Assembly: GCA_951406725.2 (NCBI GenBank)
Contig: OX597824.1
Coordinates: 2,852,001-2,916,000, forward strand
Reading direction: 5' to 3'
Source of the DNA: Octopus vulgaris
Lineage: Eukaryota
DNA length: 64,000 nucleotides
The notes below the pieces were generated by a model. That model was not told where the DNA came from and searched no databases. It worked only from the letters and a program-made list of their open reading frames with translations. A program made the position numbers and the translations under genes. Positions within the stretch are counted from its first letter, which is position 1; each line of letters begins with the position of its first letter. Of the stretch, positions 1 through 11,948 are shown piece after piece.

Positions 1-616
1 TATATATATATATGCATGCTAATACAAGACCCACGTTAGACTTCTCACTCGTATTATTATCGAACCAAGAGTTCTAGCACGCTCTAGCCATAGAACTTAC
101 TTAGCGTTACCCGACACTCTTTGGGTCTTCTGGATACCTATACCTCTCATAAACTCGATATACATATGTATAGATATACGCATGATCGTTTTTATACATA
201 CATAAATAAATGTGCATATATGTGTGTTTATATTTGTGTGTGTATAAATGTTTCGTGATACATTCACGTATAAAATACACCCACACAAACACGCGCGGAC
301 GATTATATACAGGGTGATCTTGGCTAAATGATAAAGACGACAACGTTCTCTGAAGTAGGCAACTTGAATTTGAATATGCATTCCATGATTGATATCAGCC
401 GTTTAGACCTTAGCATATCATCTTCAGAGATCATCATATCTTCATTCCCTTTTTCTCTCCATATTCCCTATTTTTCTACAGCAACTCGAACTCTGATATT
501 TTTTCTGATGAAGGGATATCCATAATATTCCAGAAACAGCAGTAAGACTATTTCATAATAAATGTCCTGAAAACATCTCACAGCCTTGGGTTGGTTATCC
601 CATTCTGTCTAATATC

Positions 617-893
617 ACCGTGATCACCGTGAACGACCAGGCTATCAGATGTTGTTACACATCGCTGGTCACAATGCGCGTCGCATTGTCTGTGCCTTCA
701 AATGAAGCGAGCAGGCCAACAGTAATTCGAAGAAAGAGTGCGAGAAAGTTGTGGCGAAAGAGGTTCGCCACCATCCCCTGCCGGAGCCCCGTTGAGCTTT
801 AGGTGTTTTCGCTCAATAAACACTCACAACGCCCGGTCTGGGAATCGAAACCGCGATCTTACTGCCCTAACCACTGGGCCATTACGCCTCCAC
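617..893 (-). mobile_element. tRNA-derived SINE (second copy 11536-11807; 5'-truncated copy 55954-56172)
   Basis: Minus strand begins GTGGAGGCGTAATGGCCCAGTGGTTAGGGCAG (A box) ... GGTTTCGATTCCC (B box) and ends in short (ACGGTGATC)-type tail repeats. Confidence 0.75.
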
Positions 894-900
894 CTGTTTA

Positions 901-931
<31 letters not shown>

Positions 932-945
932 CATATATATATAAA

Positions 946-1012
<67 letters not shown>

Positions 1013-3236
1013 CATATATACATATACTGACACTTTCACCAACACATGTATATATTAAAATATATATATGGAGAGAGAGAGATGGTGAGAGTGGGGGGAG
1101 AGAGAGAGAAAGGTGGGGAAATAAATAACCCATGCCAGCATGGAAATGTACCCGTCACTTGATATACTTATGTGTACTTGTTACGATTATGTTGAGGTCT
1201 TAAAACCCATAATAGTTTTTAGGGACACCAGTGAAACGCCGGTTGCCGTGCAACATCAGAGTAAGTCACTCTTTTGCGCCCGCCCTTCTTGCACCCACCG
1301 AAAGAACTGAATTTATCATTGTGAACTATGAAAGCGTTCGCCAATGTTACAGTGTCACCAGTGTTAAAGCAGAGATTTGTTTTTACCCTGAAACACCTAT
1401 TCGTTTGCTACACGTATTGAATCATTTCATAAAAGCTAAATGTCTTAACCAAAGACATCAAACGGTGATTGTGATGACTAACAATATCTTAACTGCTTAG
1501 CACGGCCAGCTTGCAGAAACGTTAGCACGCCGGGCGAAATGCCTGGTGGTATTTCGTCTGTCTTAAAAAGATGAGAAGTTGCAGTATCCCACTCCAGTTC
1601 AAATCAACAAACGTTTTTAAGAAGTATGATCAGCCGTGCCATCCTGGACGAGAGGAAGACACCATTGGACAGTGGCTTTTCATTTACAGAAAGAAGCAAC
1701 CTTGAGCAGTGGGCATAACCACATGAAATGTCTCGGCATTTTGCAATGATATCGCTTAATTAAAGACGACAAATAATGAAGGTTAGTGACCAGCGTAACA
1801 CCTTCAAGGTAGAGCTTAATTCTATGACTGAAGTAGAACTGAAGACCATTTCTCAACAAAATCGTACGATGATGACAACTGAATTCCAGGTGCTGGTTGC
1901 ACCTCAAGCTGTTTCAGTGTAGAAAAGTTTGACGAAATACAGCTGGTGACCCAGAGCAGGAAGTGAAAACACTACACTTGCGGAAATAGTTAATGTCTGC
2001 ATCACGTGGTTATGCAGAACCACCTGACTACAGGGTCATATTTCAAGAAACCCGAGACCAGATTGCAGCGTATACACTTTCGATACTTTTTCTGCTGCTC
2101 AAAGTGACCAAATGAACCTTGGTCTCTTTCGGTACAACAGGGGTTGAGAAGCACCGTCTGCTCCGGACAAGCTCAACCGATTCTGGAGTCTTGGCAATGT
2201 CGGGCGTGTCCTAGAAACATCAAGCACTTATTTATTCTGTATTCCTGTTTTTCCTGATTTGTGAGTTTCTATCAAATGTATGCCATCACATGTAAAACAG
2301 ATTCGGCCGTCATCCCAGTCTATAAGGTAAGATCGGCCCACTGCTTTCTATTGACAAGAAAAGGCGACTAACCTACTTCTACTAAGTGGCTATGGTAAAG
2401 AAAGTTGTGTTGGACGCGGTTAAAAGGATTTGGTTAAGGATGTTCTCGAACAATGCCCACATCAAATGCTTAAAGTACACAGTTGAAGGGAGTAGGAAAT
2501 CACTCTCCTCCATTGTCTTTACAAAATATAAACTCAGCGAGTCTGATGAGGCGAAATGAACCCATTTTGACTTGGCGACTCTAAACAAAAGACAACATCC
2601 TAGGAGAGCGCTCTTAACATTTGATGCGCCAGCGTCACCCAGAGTTTCGTGGAAAATACTCCGAGTTAATCAAGAGGAATTACTTCTTACTTGCAACCTC
2701 ATCGTGTTGACATTTTGCACTTGTCATTTTTGTAGATTTCTCCTCTTTTTACCCGAAATAAATCTCCTACTGTTTTTGTTAATCGTATTTTCATTGTCAA
2801 CATTTTGGGCCCTTGTCACCAATGGCAGAAATTTTTATACATTGACAGAATTTTTAGAGCATCGGTAAAAATATGTTTCGTGCAATCTTTTTCGGCTCTT
2901 CAGATTTTGAATAGAAACCCCGCCAGGGTTAACTTGGCCTTTCATTCCCTTGGATGTCGAAATGAATGATAGCAACTGTCAAGTAGTGGAATTTGTGGCA
3001 CCTACTTATCACCTCATCTTAAAACTGCTGGCGGGGAACTAGCAGAATTGTTAAAGCATCGGGAAACATGCTTTCCAAATATTTACATTCAAATCCCCCA
3101 CACAAGGTCAACTTTGCGTTTCAGCCTTTCCAGATCGATAAAATGAAGAAGCAATCAATGGTATCAACTCATCGACTTTTCACAAATTGATGGCTTAAAT
3201 CAGACAAAATTTTAGTATTATTCATAGATAACCTAC

Positions 3237-3431
3237 CGGAACTTTCACTGTTGGCGGTTTCTTTACATCTTCTTTCTTAAGAACGATATCACATTTTTTG
3301 TATATTTCCTTAGGAAGAATAACCAGCTGTGGTCTGGCGCATAAGTTCTCATTCGCATAGTATGCCAAACTGTGAAAGACCATGCAAGAAAGCAGTAGGA
3401 TCTTCCCTCGGAAAACATTCCAGAAGAACAT
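3237..3431 (-). CDS. PEBP4-like gene copy A, coding exon 1 (signal peptide + N-terminal two-Cys segment); exons 2-4 expected left of the window
   Basis: ATG at 3431. Translation MFFWNVFRGKILLLSCMVFHSLA-YYANENLCARPQLVILPKEIYKKCDIVLKKEDVKKPPTVKVP ends at a phase-0 donor CCG|gtaggt. Exon is 195 nt, the same length as in copies B, C and D. Confidence 0.85.
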
Positions 3432-3820
3432 TATTTCTGTCAGTGGAGTTACAGCACTGAAGATGTTATAATCGTTGTCTTTGGAGATATTGACGAAAAG
3501 ATTATTTGCAGTTTAGATGCAAATATTTCCGTATTTATTTTAATAAATATACTTTGATTTATCTTCAAAATTGTCAACACTAGACTTCTGTTTGACGTGA
3601 TCTTTCTCTCCTTGTTTCTAACACATCCGTTCTTTATACGTGTGCTTCTATAAGTGAGCATGTGTCTAGGTGTGCGCGTGGTTGTATTTATGTTTGATTA
3701 TGACGCATCAATGTTTCAAATTTGCTTACGTGAAGGTGTGTGCATGTGTACCTTTACATATATAAGTGCTTACATACATATCTACATAAAGACATATAGA
3801 CAAACACACATATATAATAC
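3432..3820 (-). promoter_or_regulatory. Conserved ~390-bp upstream block (5' UTR/promoter) present before exon 1 of all four copies
   Basis: Closely similar blocks at 14368-14757, 38886-39222 and 52852-53240. Contains minus-strand TATAAA (3638-3633; TATAAG in C/D), a CRE-like TGACGTGA (3593-3600) and TGACGCAT (3701-3708). Function is inferred only. Confidence 0.45.
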
Positions 3821-4429
3821 ACTAAGAAGATGAAAGGCAAAGTCAACCTCTGTGGACACCCAGAAGGAACAGACGGACGAAATGCCGACGATCATTTTCT
3901 TCGGTGCGCTCACGATTCTGCCAGCATGCAATAATAATAATGCATTTTACTATAAGGCAGAAGACCCGAAATTATGGGGAAGCGGTGTAGTCGATCACAT
4001 CAGTTCCAGTGCTCAACTAGAAGTTACTCTTCCTCCCCACTGAAAGGATTAAAGGAAAACTCGGCCTCGGTGGTGTTTGAACTCAGAACGTACAACAGAG
4101 AATATGCTGCTAAATGATATTTATCCGGGGGCAGCTAACGATTCTGCCAACACCCCGCGTTACAGTTCTGACATCAGACCCCTTCGTTGTTCTGACAGTT
4201 AATAAATTATCTCTGGAATAAAAGGATTTGTAAATGAAAATGAATGAAGGAAAAAATGCAGAGAAATACGTAAAGGAGCGCAGGACTCAGTATAGAGAAA
4301 GAAGGACTAGGAGAGAGTGCAATATAAGAATATATAACAACAGAACACATTGCCTACACACACTTTACTTGTTCGGGTGAAAAGAAAAAAAGGAATGAAA
4401 ATAGGAACATTGAAATGAAGATATAACAC

Positions 4430-4454
4430 TTTATTGTTTATTTGTTGTTTTATT
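4430..4454 (-). terminator. Polyadenylation signal cluster for copy B (three AATAAA)
   Basis: Minus strand reads AATAAAacaacaAATAAAcAATAAA about 270 nt after the stop, followed by a T-rich tract. Conserved at 19937-19961 (C) and 42373-42385 (D). Confidence 0.6.
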
Positions 4455-4468
4455 GTTCATATATATAA

Positions 4469-4499
<31 letters not shown>

Positions 4500-4662
4500 A
4501 TATATATATATTTATCGTTTGTTAAAAATATTAATCCGAAAGTAGAAGCACACTCCAAGATTTAGAGGAGTACATATTAAAAGTGGGGAAGGCCGGTTTA
4601 TGGGACTACCTTAGGTTACTCGTCTATAAAGGGCTTAAGTTTATGGCGCATTGCAGGATCTA

Positions 4663-4703
<41 letters not shown>

Positions 4704-4718
4704 TCTTCTGTAGATTAA

Positions 4719-5011
4719 TTAGTATAGTAACTGGGCAAAATATGTTAAAATTAAAATAGATAAAGAACTAATTCTCTGGTTGATCAGATCAGAAGCTGTT
4801 GATGCTTCTTCTGCAGTAGGTGATCCTGGTAGAGAAATGGTGTATTGAAAGCTCATTGTATGCTTTATGTTGTTCTCTCTTTCAAAGATAGCCATATCCA
4901 TTCGTCGAGTTGATGCCAGCTTAGGGATGGACGCTATAGCATTGCGTGTATGTGGATACATCAAGAACTGAAAGTGATTGACTCCACCCACCGGAGAAGG
5001 GGGTTTGAAAG
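4719..5011 (-). CDS. PEBP4-like gene copy B, terminal exon 4 with GPI-signal-like tail
   Basis: Polypyrimidine tract + caacag| then (P)FKPPSPVGGVNHFQFLMYPHTRNAIASIPKLASTRRMDMAIFERENNIKHTMSFQYTISLPGSPTAEEASTASDLINQRISSLSILILTYFAQLLY*. Matches the PEBP YxxPxPP..GxHRYQFxxY motif in diverged form. Confidence 0.88.
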
Positions 5012-6951
5012 CTGTTGAAGGGAAAAAGAAAAGAAAAATGATTAGTGGCAGAAATTGAACTTATATAAACATATGCATATCTTATCATTTCTGCTACAAA
5101 AATCGAATGGCCACATCCGAGGTCTGTAACTACAAGACTTACCATCGTAACCCATAATTTCTTTGTATATGGGCTGAAGGTTTATGCTAAAATATTTACA
5201 TTGTCATAAAAACAGTTGAAGTTATCATTTTCACTGAGAAACAGAAATAAATGAATTTTGGTCGAAAGGAATGTTCATATTTGATTTTTGAACGTGGAAA
5301 TTCAGTCTCCCAGACTCAAAACCTATTCATCGACAGTTTCTCTCTATCAATGCTTAAAAAATTTAGGCATTGATGGAAACCTAAACAAAGGTGTTATGGA
5401 TAAAGACAAAATGGCTGGAGAATATTACGTCTGACTTAGAAAAAAATAAAGTAGGCGGATAAGAGTATCCAGTCCGGAGATCTGCAGTATGAGTAATGAT
5501 ACACCAGCATTGGGGATAGTTGACTGGTCTGTAAAGAAAATCCTTTGCAGAGACGTTAAAGCCAGTTGTGACATCAACAGGAAACTTACACAGAAACAGT
5601 GATAGAGACAAACGTGGTCGAGGCTTGAGATCAGTGCAGATGGCGTTCGAATGGCCGTAGACTGTCTCTCTCTCTCTCTCTCTCTCACCTCCTCTCTCTA
5701 CCTCTCTCTCTCTTCCTCTCGCTACCTCTTTTACTCTCTCACTCCCTCTCACTCATTTAATCATTTTCCCTCAGAGTGTTAAACAACAGCAGCAAAAATG
5801 CATGCATAAACCTAGTGCTGAAAGAACGAAGGGGACAATATCCTAGGTGTCGGCAGTAAACCCTTCAGGAAGCACCCACTTCCTGATGATCTCCAGTACA
5901 ACCCGAAGCAGTCGGACTAACATAGTGCAAAGGAAACCCGAATGTGATCCCTTTGCTCTACGCCTTCACTACCGCCATCCATTCATTTCTCTTTGCTCAC
6001 TAGGCACGTCATCTGTTGGTGAAGTATTATTTCTATTTTCTGATTTCCTTTTCATCTCTTCAATTTCCATGTCTGTTAACCACTCTTTGGCTCCTATTGC
6101 ACTTGCCTGCTCACTTATTTCGAAGAGTCCTATTTCATTCACTTTCGCTTTCATTCGTTGTCGGAATCCCCTTCTACTGGGTTCACGCCTGATTCGGCAT
6201 TCAATCACCGTTCGGTTTGCCTCCTCATCCCATCACCTTCTCTGCTTCTGGCTTTGTGTACAAGTAGTCTCCGGATGACGACCGAGCCTGCGCTACTCAA
6301 CCACAAGTTCGCTATCTTTCTTTATTATATCACCAGATATTTAAGGATCTACGCCAACATTTCCTTTTCACTTGTCCGTTGTAATTTGATCCTGGCGATT
6401 GTAGGATCGCTCTCCTTATTCCCCACATTACACGTCTTCTCCCTTCAAAGTATTCGTTCTCGCTTTCTCGTTCTTTTCCCTTTTCATTCTTTCTCCTATC
6501 CCCCTCTTCTTCTCCCTCCTCCTCCACCTTCTTTTCCTTCTACTCTCTTCTTCTCCTCCTCCTACACACACATGCACATACGTACAAAAATATGTGTGTG
6601 TGTGTGTGTGTGTGTGTAGAATATTTGGTGTTTAGTTAATATTTAGCATTCAATCGTCAATAAATCTACTCTGAAAGAATCCTCCTCCTCTCCGCCCAAA
6701 ATAGAATCTGTTGTTACTTCATCGAATAAGCGAAAACTTAATTCTTACACCCTAAACATGTATAATCATAGCATAAAGTCAATGCAGCGGCAACACTAAC
6801 ACCGAACGGGACAGCACATGTAGCACACCCGTAAGACTAACAGTGTAACCAGCGTAAACCAGGATACGAACCACCCCGCGTCCGAGGAAGCCCGGAGTAC
6901 GGCGAAAACGGATGTTAATACTATTAACACTACTACTACTACTACTACTAC

Positions 6952-6984
<33 letters not shown>

Positions 6985-7036
6985 CAACATCGAAAAATAT
7001 CTTAGCAATGAGAACCCAGGTTCGAAATTCCCCCAA

Positions 7037-7081
7037 GACACCTGATGAAGGCTGAGGGTATATCAGTTGAAACGTTGTGTT
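7037..7081 (+). ncRNA. Minimal type-I hammerhead ribozyme motif (Penelope-associated type)
   Basis: GACAC-CTGATGA-a-GGCTGA(gggtata)TCAGTT-GAAA-CG-TT-GTGTT: stem I, intact core, stem II, palindromic minimal stem III and a UH site. Confidence 0.6.
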
Positions 7082-7155
7082 AAAAACAAACAAAATGAGG
7101 GCAAATATCCATCGAATGTAAATAATGTAAATAATGTAGTTAAAATAGTACTTAC

Positions 7156-7204
7156 GTATTGCGTCGCGTGATGCTGGTATTATGCCTTTTAGCAGGGTTG
7201 TGCG
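7156..7204 (-). CDS. PEBP4-like gene copy B, exon 3 (49-nt micro-exon)
   Basis: aatttcag|RTTLLKGIIPASRDAI+C|gtaagt, phase 0-1. Resembles the PEBP4 GADLKKGKIQGQELS segment. Same size and splice sites in copies C and D. Confidence 0.85.
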
Positions 7205-7253
7205 CTGAAATTATAATATATATATATATATATTATGAAATATACTTATGTAT

Positions 7254-7285
<32 letters not shown>

Positions 7286-7429
7286 TGTATGTATGTATGT
7301 ATGTATGTATGTATGTATGTATGTATGCTTTATGCATGCATTTATGTATCTATGTATGTATTAGTAGATTCGTACCTTTTATCCATGTATTCTCAAGCTA
7401 ATAGTTACATATCTAGGCTTGCACATATA

Positions 7430-8406
7430 CAGGTGTAGGACAAAATAGTGGAAACACCTAGCATCATTGCATCATAATTTTGAAATATCTGTTAAACCCC
7501 AAAGACTTCTTTATATTTATGTTTTTTTGTATTTATTATTAGTGTTGCTTAATATTTTTTGCTAAAATTGCTGTTTCTTTTGAGATGTCATCAGAAAAAG
7601 GTAATTGAAATTCATTAAAATGTCAGATGTATCGGACTTTCAAAGAGGCCAAATTGTTGGTGCTCACATGGCAGGCGCTAGCATAACGAAAGCAGCCGAA
7701 ATGTTTGATGTCTCAAAAAGTACTGCCTCGTAAGTAATGACAGCCTTTGAGAAAGAGGAAAAGAACATCCTCGCCGAAACGAAACTCCGGGCGAAAACCA
7801 AATCTTTCAGACTTTATTAATGTTCCGTGAATTGTCAGAATAGCTTTCAAAAGCACAGCTCTTAAAATTACTGCCGAGCTTTATGACCGCCTCGAGAACC
7901 CTGTTTCTACAAAAACCGGATTTCACGCCAGGTCTACAACCAAGAAACCACTACTTTCAAAAACAAATGTTGCAAAGTGTTTAGAGTGGAGTAAAATCCT
8001 ACAGAATTGATCCCTAGAACAGTGGAAGAATGTTACTTTCTCCGACGAATCATCCTTTACCTTATTTCCACCAACCGAGTAGACATGTGGAGACAGCCAA
8101 AATAATCATTTGACCCAAACTGCCATCTTCGAACAGTTAAACATGGAGGAAGATTTCTGATGACCTGGGACGGGACTATATCTTGGAAATCTGCCGGCCT
8201 AATGGTTTCCCTTCAAGTAAAAATTAATACTCAAGACTATTTAAGCATTTTATCTGATCAAATTCATTCTAGTTTCGTGAGGGAAACGCAACTATCAGGA
8301 AGATAATGCATCAATTCACACAGCTAAAGTTGTTACTGAATGACACAATGAACATTCTAGTGAAGTTGAACATCTTATCTGGCCACCACAGTCCCCAGAT
8401 CTCAAT
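7430..8406 (+). mobile_element. Degenerate Tc1-family DNA transposon, 3'-truncated, in intron 2 of copy B
   Basis: TA|CAGGTGTAGGACAAAATA TIR start. Transposase MSDVSDFQRGQIVGA... WKNVTFSDESSF... WPPQSPDLNI with stops and frameshifts. Confidence 0.85.
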
Positions 8407-8434
8407 ATATATATATATATATATATGAGATATA

Positions 8435-8496
<62 letters not shown>

Positions 8497-8511
8497 TGTA
8501 TATATATATAT

Positions 8512-8850
8512 GAGATTGTTGTCAACAGTCACTCCTAGGTCTCTGATATTATCATATGCTGTGAGCGGGTCACCTCTAGAAAGATAATATGGTTGTTTTA
8601 GCATAGTAATTCTTCCAAAGTGCATCAGCTCAGATTATCTCTCGTTTAGTTGCATTTTGTTTTTGTCTGCTCATTGCCGTCCAGCATGTAGATCAGACTG
8701 GAATTCAGTTTGGTCTTCTCCGTTGATAAGTTTATGGAGCTTAGAGTTGTCGGCGAATATTTTCACTTTGCTCTCCGTTATTACGCCTGCAATGTCGTTT
8801 ATATAGACTAGAAACAGAAGCGGGTTCAGGAAACCACTGGTGTTTCTCAA
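8512..8850 (-). mobile_element. CR1-like LINE reverse-transcriptase fragment (paralogous copy 27241-27575)
   Basis: PLLFLVYINDI...VKIFADNSKL (YADD-box variant) and MHFGR...RDLGVTVDNNL. Confidence 0.75.
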
Positions 8851-9216
8851 GGCCCAAATAATTATATACATAAACAAAACATAATAAATTAAATTGAATT
8901 AGATGAATGCAAATCAAAAAAGAAATGAGAAAGTAAGTAGATAAAAACAAATAAATAAATTAAATTAAATTAAATTAAACGAACGTGAATAAACAGGGGA
9001 TACTGATAATGCAGGTTCGATACACGCTGCCTCCCACACACACATACGAATGTGAATGTGTATGCCTGTTTGCTTGTATGCGTGTGTGCATGTGTGTGGT
9101 GCGTTTGAACTTGTGAAATTATCTATGCATTTTGGTGCTAAAATTGACAGTTGCATGCACGAATGCACACATCTGCATAAAAATATACGTTTCATAAAAA
9201 TATCTATCATACTTAC

Positions 9217-9324
9217 ATTGATATGTGTCCTCATCCAATGCGGGTAGACTATATTAGCTTCCTTGTATGCCTCTGGATGAAACAGGCCCAGTAAATAAAA
9301 TTCTGCTTTCAGACTTGCATTTGG
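9217..9324 (-). CDS. PEBP4-like gene copy B, exon 2
   Basis: ttttattag|PNASLKAEFYLLGLFHPEAYKEANIVYPHWMRTHIN|gtaagt, 108 nt, phase 0-0. Aligns to the PEBP YxLxMVDPD...HW segment, with DPD replaced by HPE. Confidence 0.88.
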
Positions 9325-9419
9325 CTAATAAAACACAAAAATGTTTTTTTTTTAATTAGGAGGAATTTATTATATTAAATCATACATACACACACGTGAA
9401 CATATTAGGAATTTGGCAT

Positions 9420-9485
<66 letters not shown>

Positions 9486-9513
9486 TAAATAATTATATAA
9501 CGTAATGTTTTAA

Positions 9514-9551
<38 letters not shown>

Positions 9552-10079
9552 TAGAAGGTTTGGAGATGAAGTACAGGTATTTTAGAAGAAACGAGGTACC
9601 CAGAAATTCGGATGGTTTTGTATTTACAGATATTTATTTGTATATTATATGTTTTTATACATCATATAACTTATATCATATATCCTACATATTAGCGCTT
9701 TCGTCCATTTTGGTGGGGTTTTCAAATTGAACTAAGTTCTTGTGGAACGATTTCGACCATTTTATAGTGTTATTGAGTGTGTATGTATGGTTAAGATGTT
9801 GCTCAGAAGATTTACCAATCCTGATTTCACTTGCTAGATGTTGTGGAGCGTTTTGTTCTTGAGGAGAATATTTCACCTCACGTTACACTGCGATCACTTC
9901 GACACCTGCCACGTGGCACACTGTGACCCTATTCATACAACATCGATTTGAGTAAATGCATGGCACAGAAATATCTTATCTCTATAAACAAATCATTTGT
10001 TCCGGTCGCTCGCCAGAACCCGAATACTCATACGTCGTCTTCAATGGGAAGGCACGCTGGCAAAACACTACTCTTCTAT

Positions 10080-10575
10080 GTTCACTATGAAACGTCCCTG
10101 TTTGAAGGAGAACTGTGATCCCTCAATTAAATTGACGCATATCCTACAGTTAGATTGTCGGCATTTTTTTACTGACGGCTTCAGTGTTGTTGAACGTTTT
10201 CGGGCTTGTGTTAGTAGACTTTTCATAGATTTGGGCTGTCTCTTGCTTTTTATGATGGCGTGTTTGGAGGATTAAATTCATTTTGTGGTCCTTTTTTAGC
10301 AAGGAGGTGTTTTGAAAGATGGTGTTGAAGGCTTCATTGTTAAGAGAGTTGTGTGAGAGAAGATGTATGGTAGGGCTTTTTTGGTTGTAAATCCTTCTTA
10401 AATTTGTTGAGTTGAAGGGCACGTTGAAGCATATGTCAATTAGTGAAGGTGGGTAGTTTCTGGTGATGAGTGTATCATTTAGTTCATATAGGCGTGTGTC
10501 CCTGGTACTTGCATTAGAAACTAATGTTACATATCCTTTGTGTTAGGTTGAAGGGGATATCCATTCTGGCGTGTC
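10080..10575 (-). mobile_element. Penelope-like element fragment
   Basis: Clearly similar to 29930-30440 of the larger Penelope-like copy (NIPFNL...ITRNYPPSLID...LIEGSQFSFKQGRF). Confidence 0.75.
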
Positions 10576-10589
10576 GGTCAGCAATGAAG

Positions 10590-11250
10590 TAATTGTCATT
10601 GGGGTACGAGAGAATATAGTTGACCTTCTGGCAGTTACTACCAGCTCATTCAAAGACCTAGGCTGTGTTCCCCGAAGGGTGCTCTCCGCCTTGGTCGATC
10701 AGGTCCAAAACTCAGACTAATCAGGCTGTCTTTTTCAAACTCTTCTGAGGCATTTTCATACCTTTTAGCTTCTGATAAAGTTAGGCGTGAAAATAGGATT
10801 ACCTTTAGAATAGGCTCTGGCCTACCACCTGATGTACATCCAAAGCTACGTGATGTGGCTTCCTTAAATATCAACTTAGCACAAAATGAAAGCTTCAGCG
10901 TACACGACCATGGGTTGTATATTAAGGATGGTGAAACATAGGGAAGAGATACGAGATGGTGTGAACACACTGTGACCACAACAGTTGGCAATGAAATGAC
11001 TGTCGGGAAAAAATAGGAACGACCCGCCATTCTCTTCACATCGTAGTAAACTGAAATCAAGGTACAAACTGTTGTCCTTGAATGCTCATAACTTGTGCAA
11101 CAAAGTACATCTTATGCCAAAGGTATCGACCCCGATTTCATTACAATCAAAGAAATATGGACACATGCCTAACTGTGTGAAGCGGGGTTCAGCATAGCTG
11201 GCTACAACCTATTTCGCAAAGACCGCATTAATCGTTGTGGTGGTGGTGTG
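10590..11250 (+). mobile_element. LINE 5' fragment (ORF1 end + APE endonuclease start), degenerate
   Basis: ITIKEIW...FSIAGYNLFRKDRINRCGGGV near 11140-11250 is a typical LINE endonuclease motif. Confidence 0.6.
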
Positions 11251-11811
11251 ATAAAGAAGGCAACGTTCACTAAAGTAGGCAACTTGAATTTGAATATGCA
11301 TTCCATGATTGATATCAGCCGTTTAGACCTTAACATATCATCTTCAAAGATCATCATATCTTCATTCCCTTTTTTCTCTCCATATTCCCTATTTTTCTAC
11401 AGCAATTCGAACTCAGATATTTTTTCTGATGAAGGGATATCCATAATATTCCAGAAACAGCAGTAAGACTATTTCATTATAAATGTTCAGAAAACATCTC
11501 ACAGCCTTCGGTTGGTTATCTCATTCTGTCTAATATCACCGTGATCATCGCTGGTCACAATGTGCTTCGCATTGTCTTAGTCTTCAAATAACGCCACCCC
11601 GCTGGCTAAGCGAGCAGACCAACAGAAGAAAGAGTGTGAGAAAGTTGTGGCGAAAGAGTACAGCAGGGGTCGCCACCATTCCCCGCCGGAGCTTCGTAGA
11701 GCTTTAGGTGTTTTCGCTCAATAAACACTCACACCGCCCGGTCTGGGAAACGAAACCGCGATCTTCCGCGAGTCCACTGCCCAAACCACTAGGCCATTGC
11801 GCCTCCACCTG

Positions 11812-11890
<79 letters not shown>

Positions 11891-11917
11891 TATATATATA
11901 CATATATATACATATAC

Positions 11918-11948
<31 letters not shown>

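Larger units (their letters stand above)
1085..3820. repeat. Segmental duplication block (intron 1 + exon 1 + upstream) repeated at ~12030-14757, ~51200-53240 (with deletions) and ~38075-39222 (partial)
   Basis: Direct sequence comparison; duplicated pseudo-ORFs in the track (e.g. 1231/12172/51334, 2382/13317). Confidence 0.9.

Noticed and set aside
830-893. tRNA-like A/B boxes
   Set aside because: Head of a SINE; no complete cloverleaf, and it continues into the SINE body.
1231-1500. 89-aa ORF MKRRLPCNIRV... repeated three times (also 12172, 51334)
   Set aside because: GTG start, antisense within intron 1; the recurrence is explained by segmental duplication.
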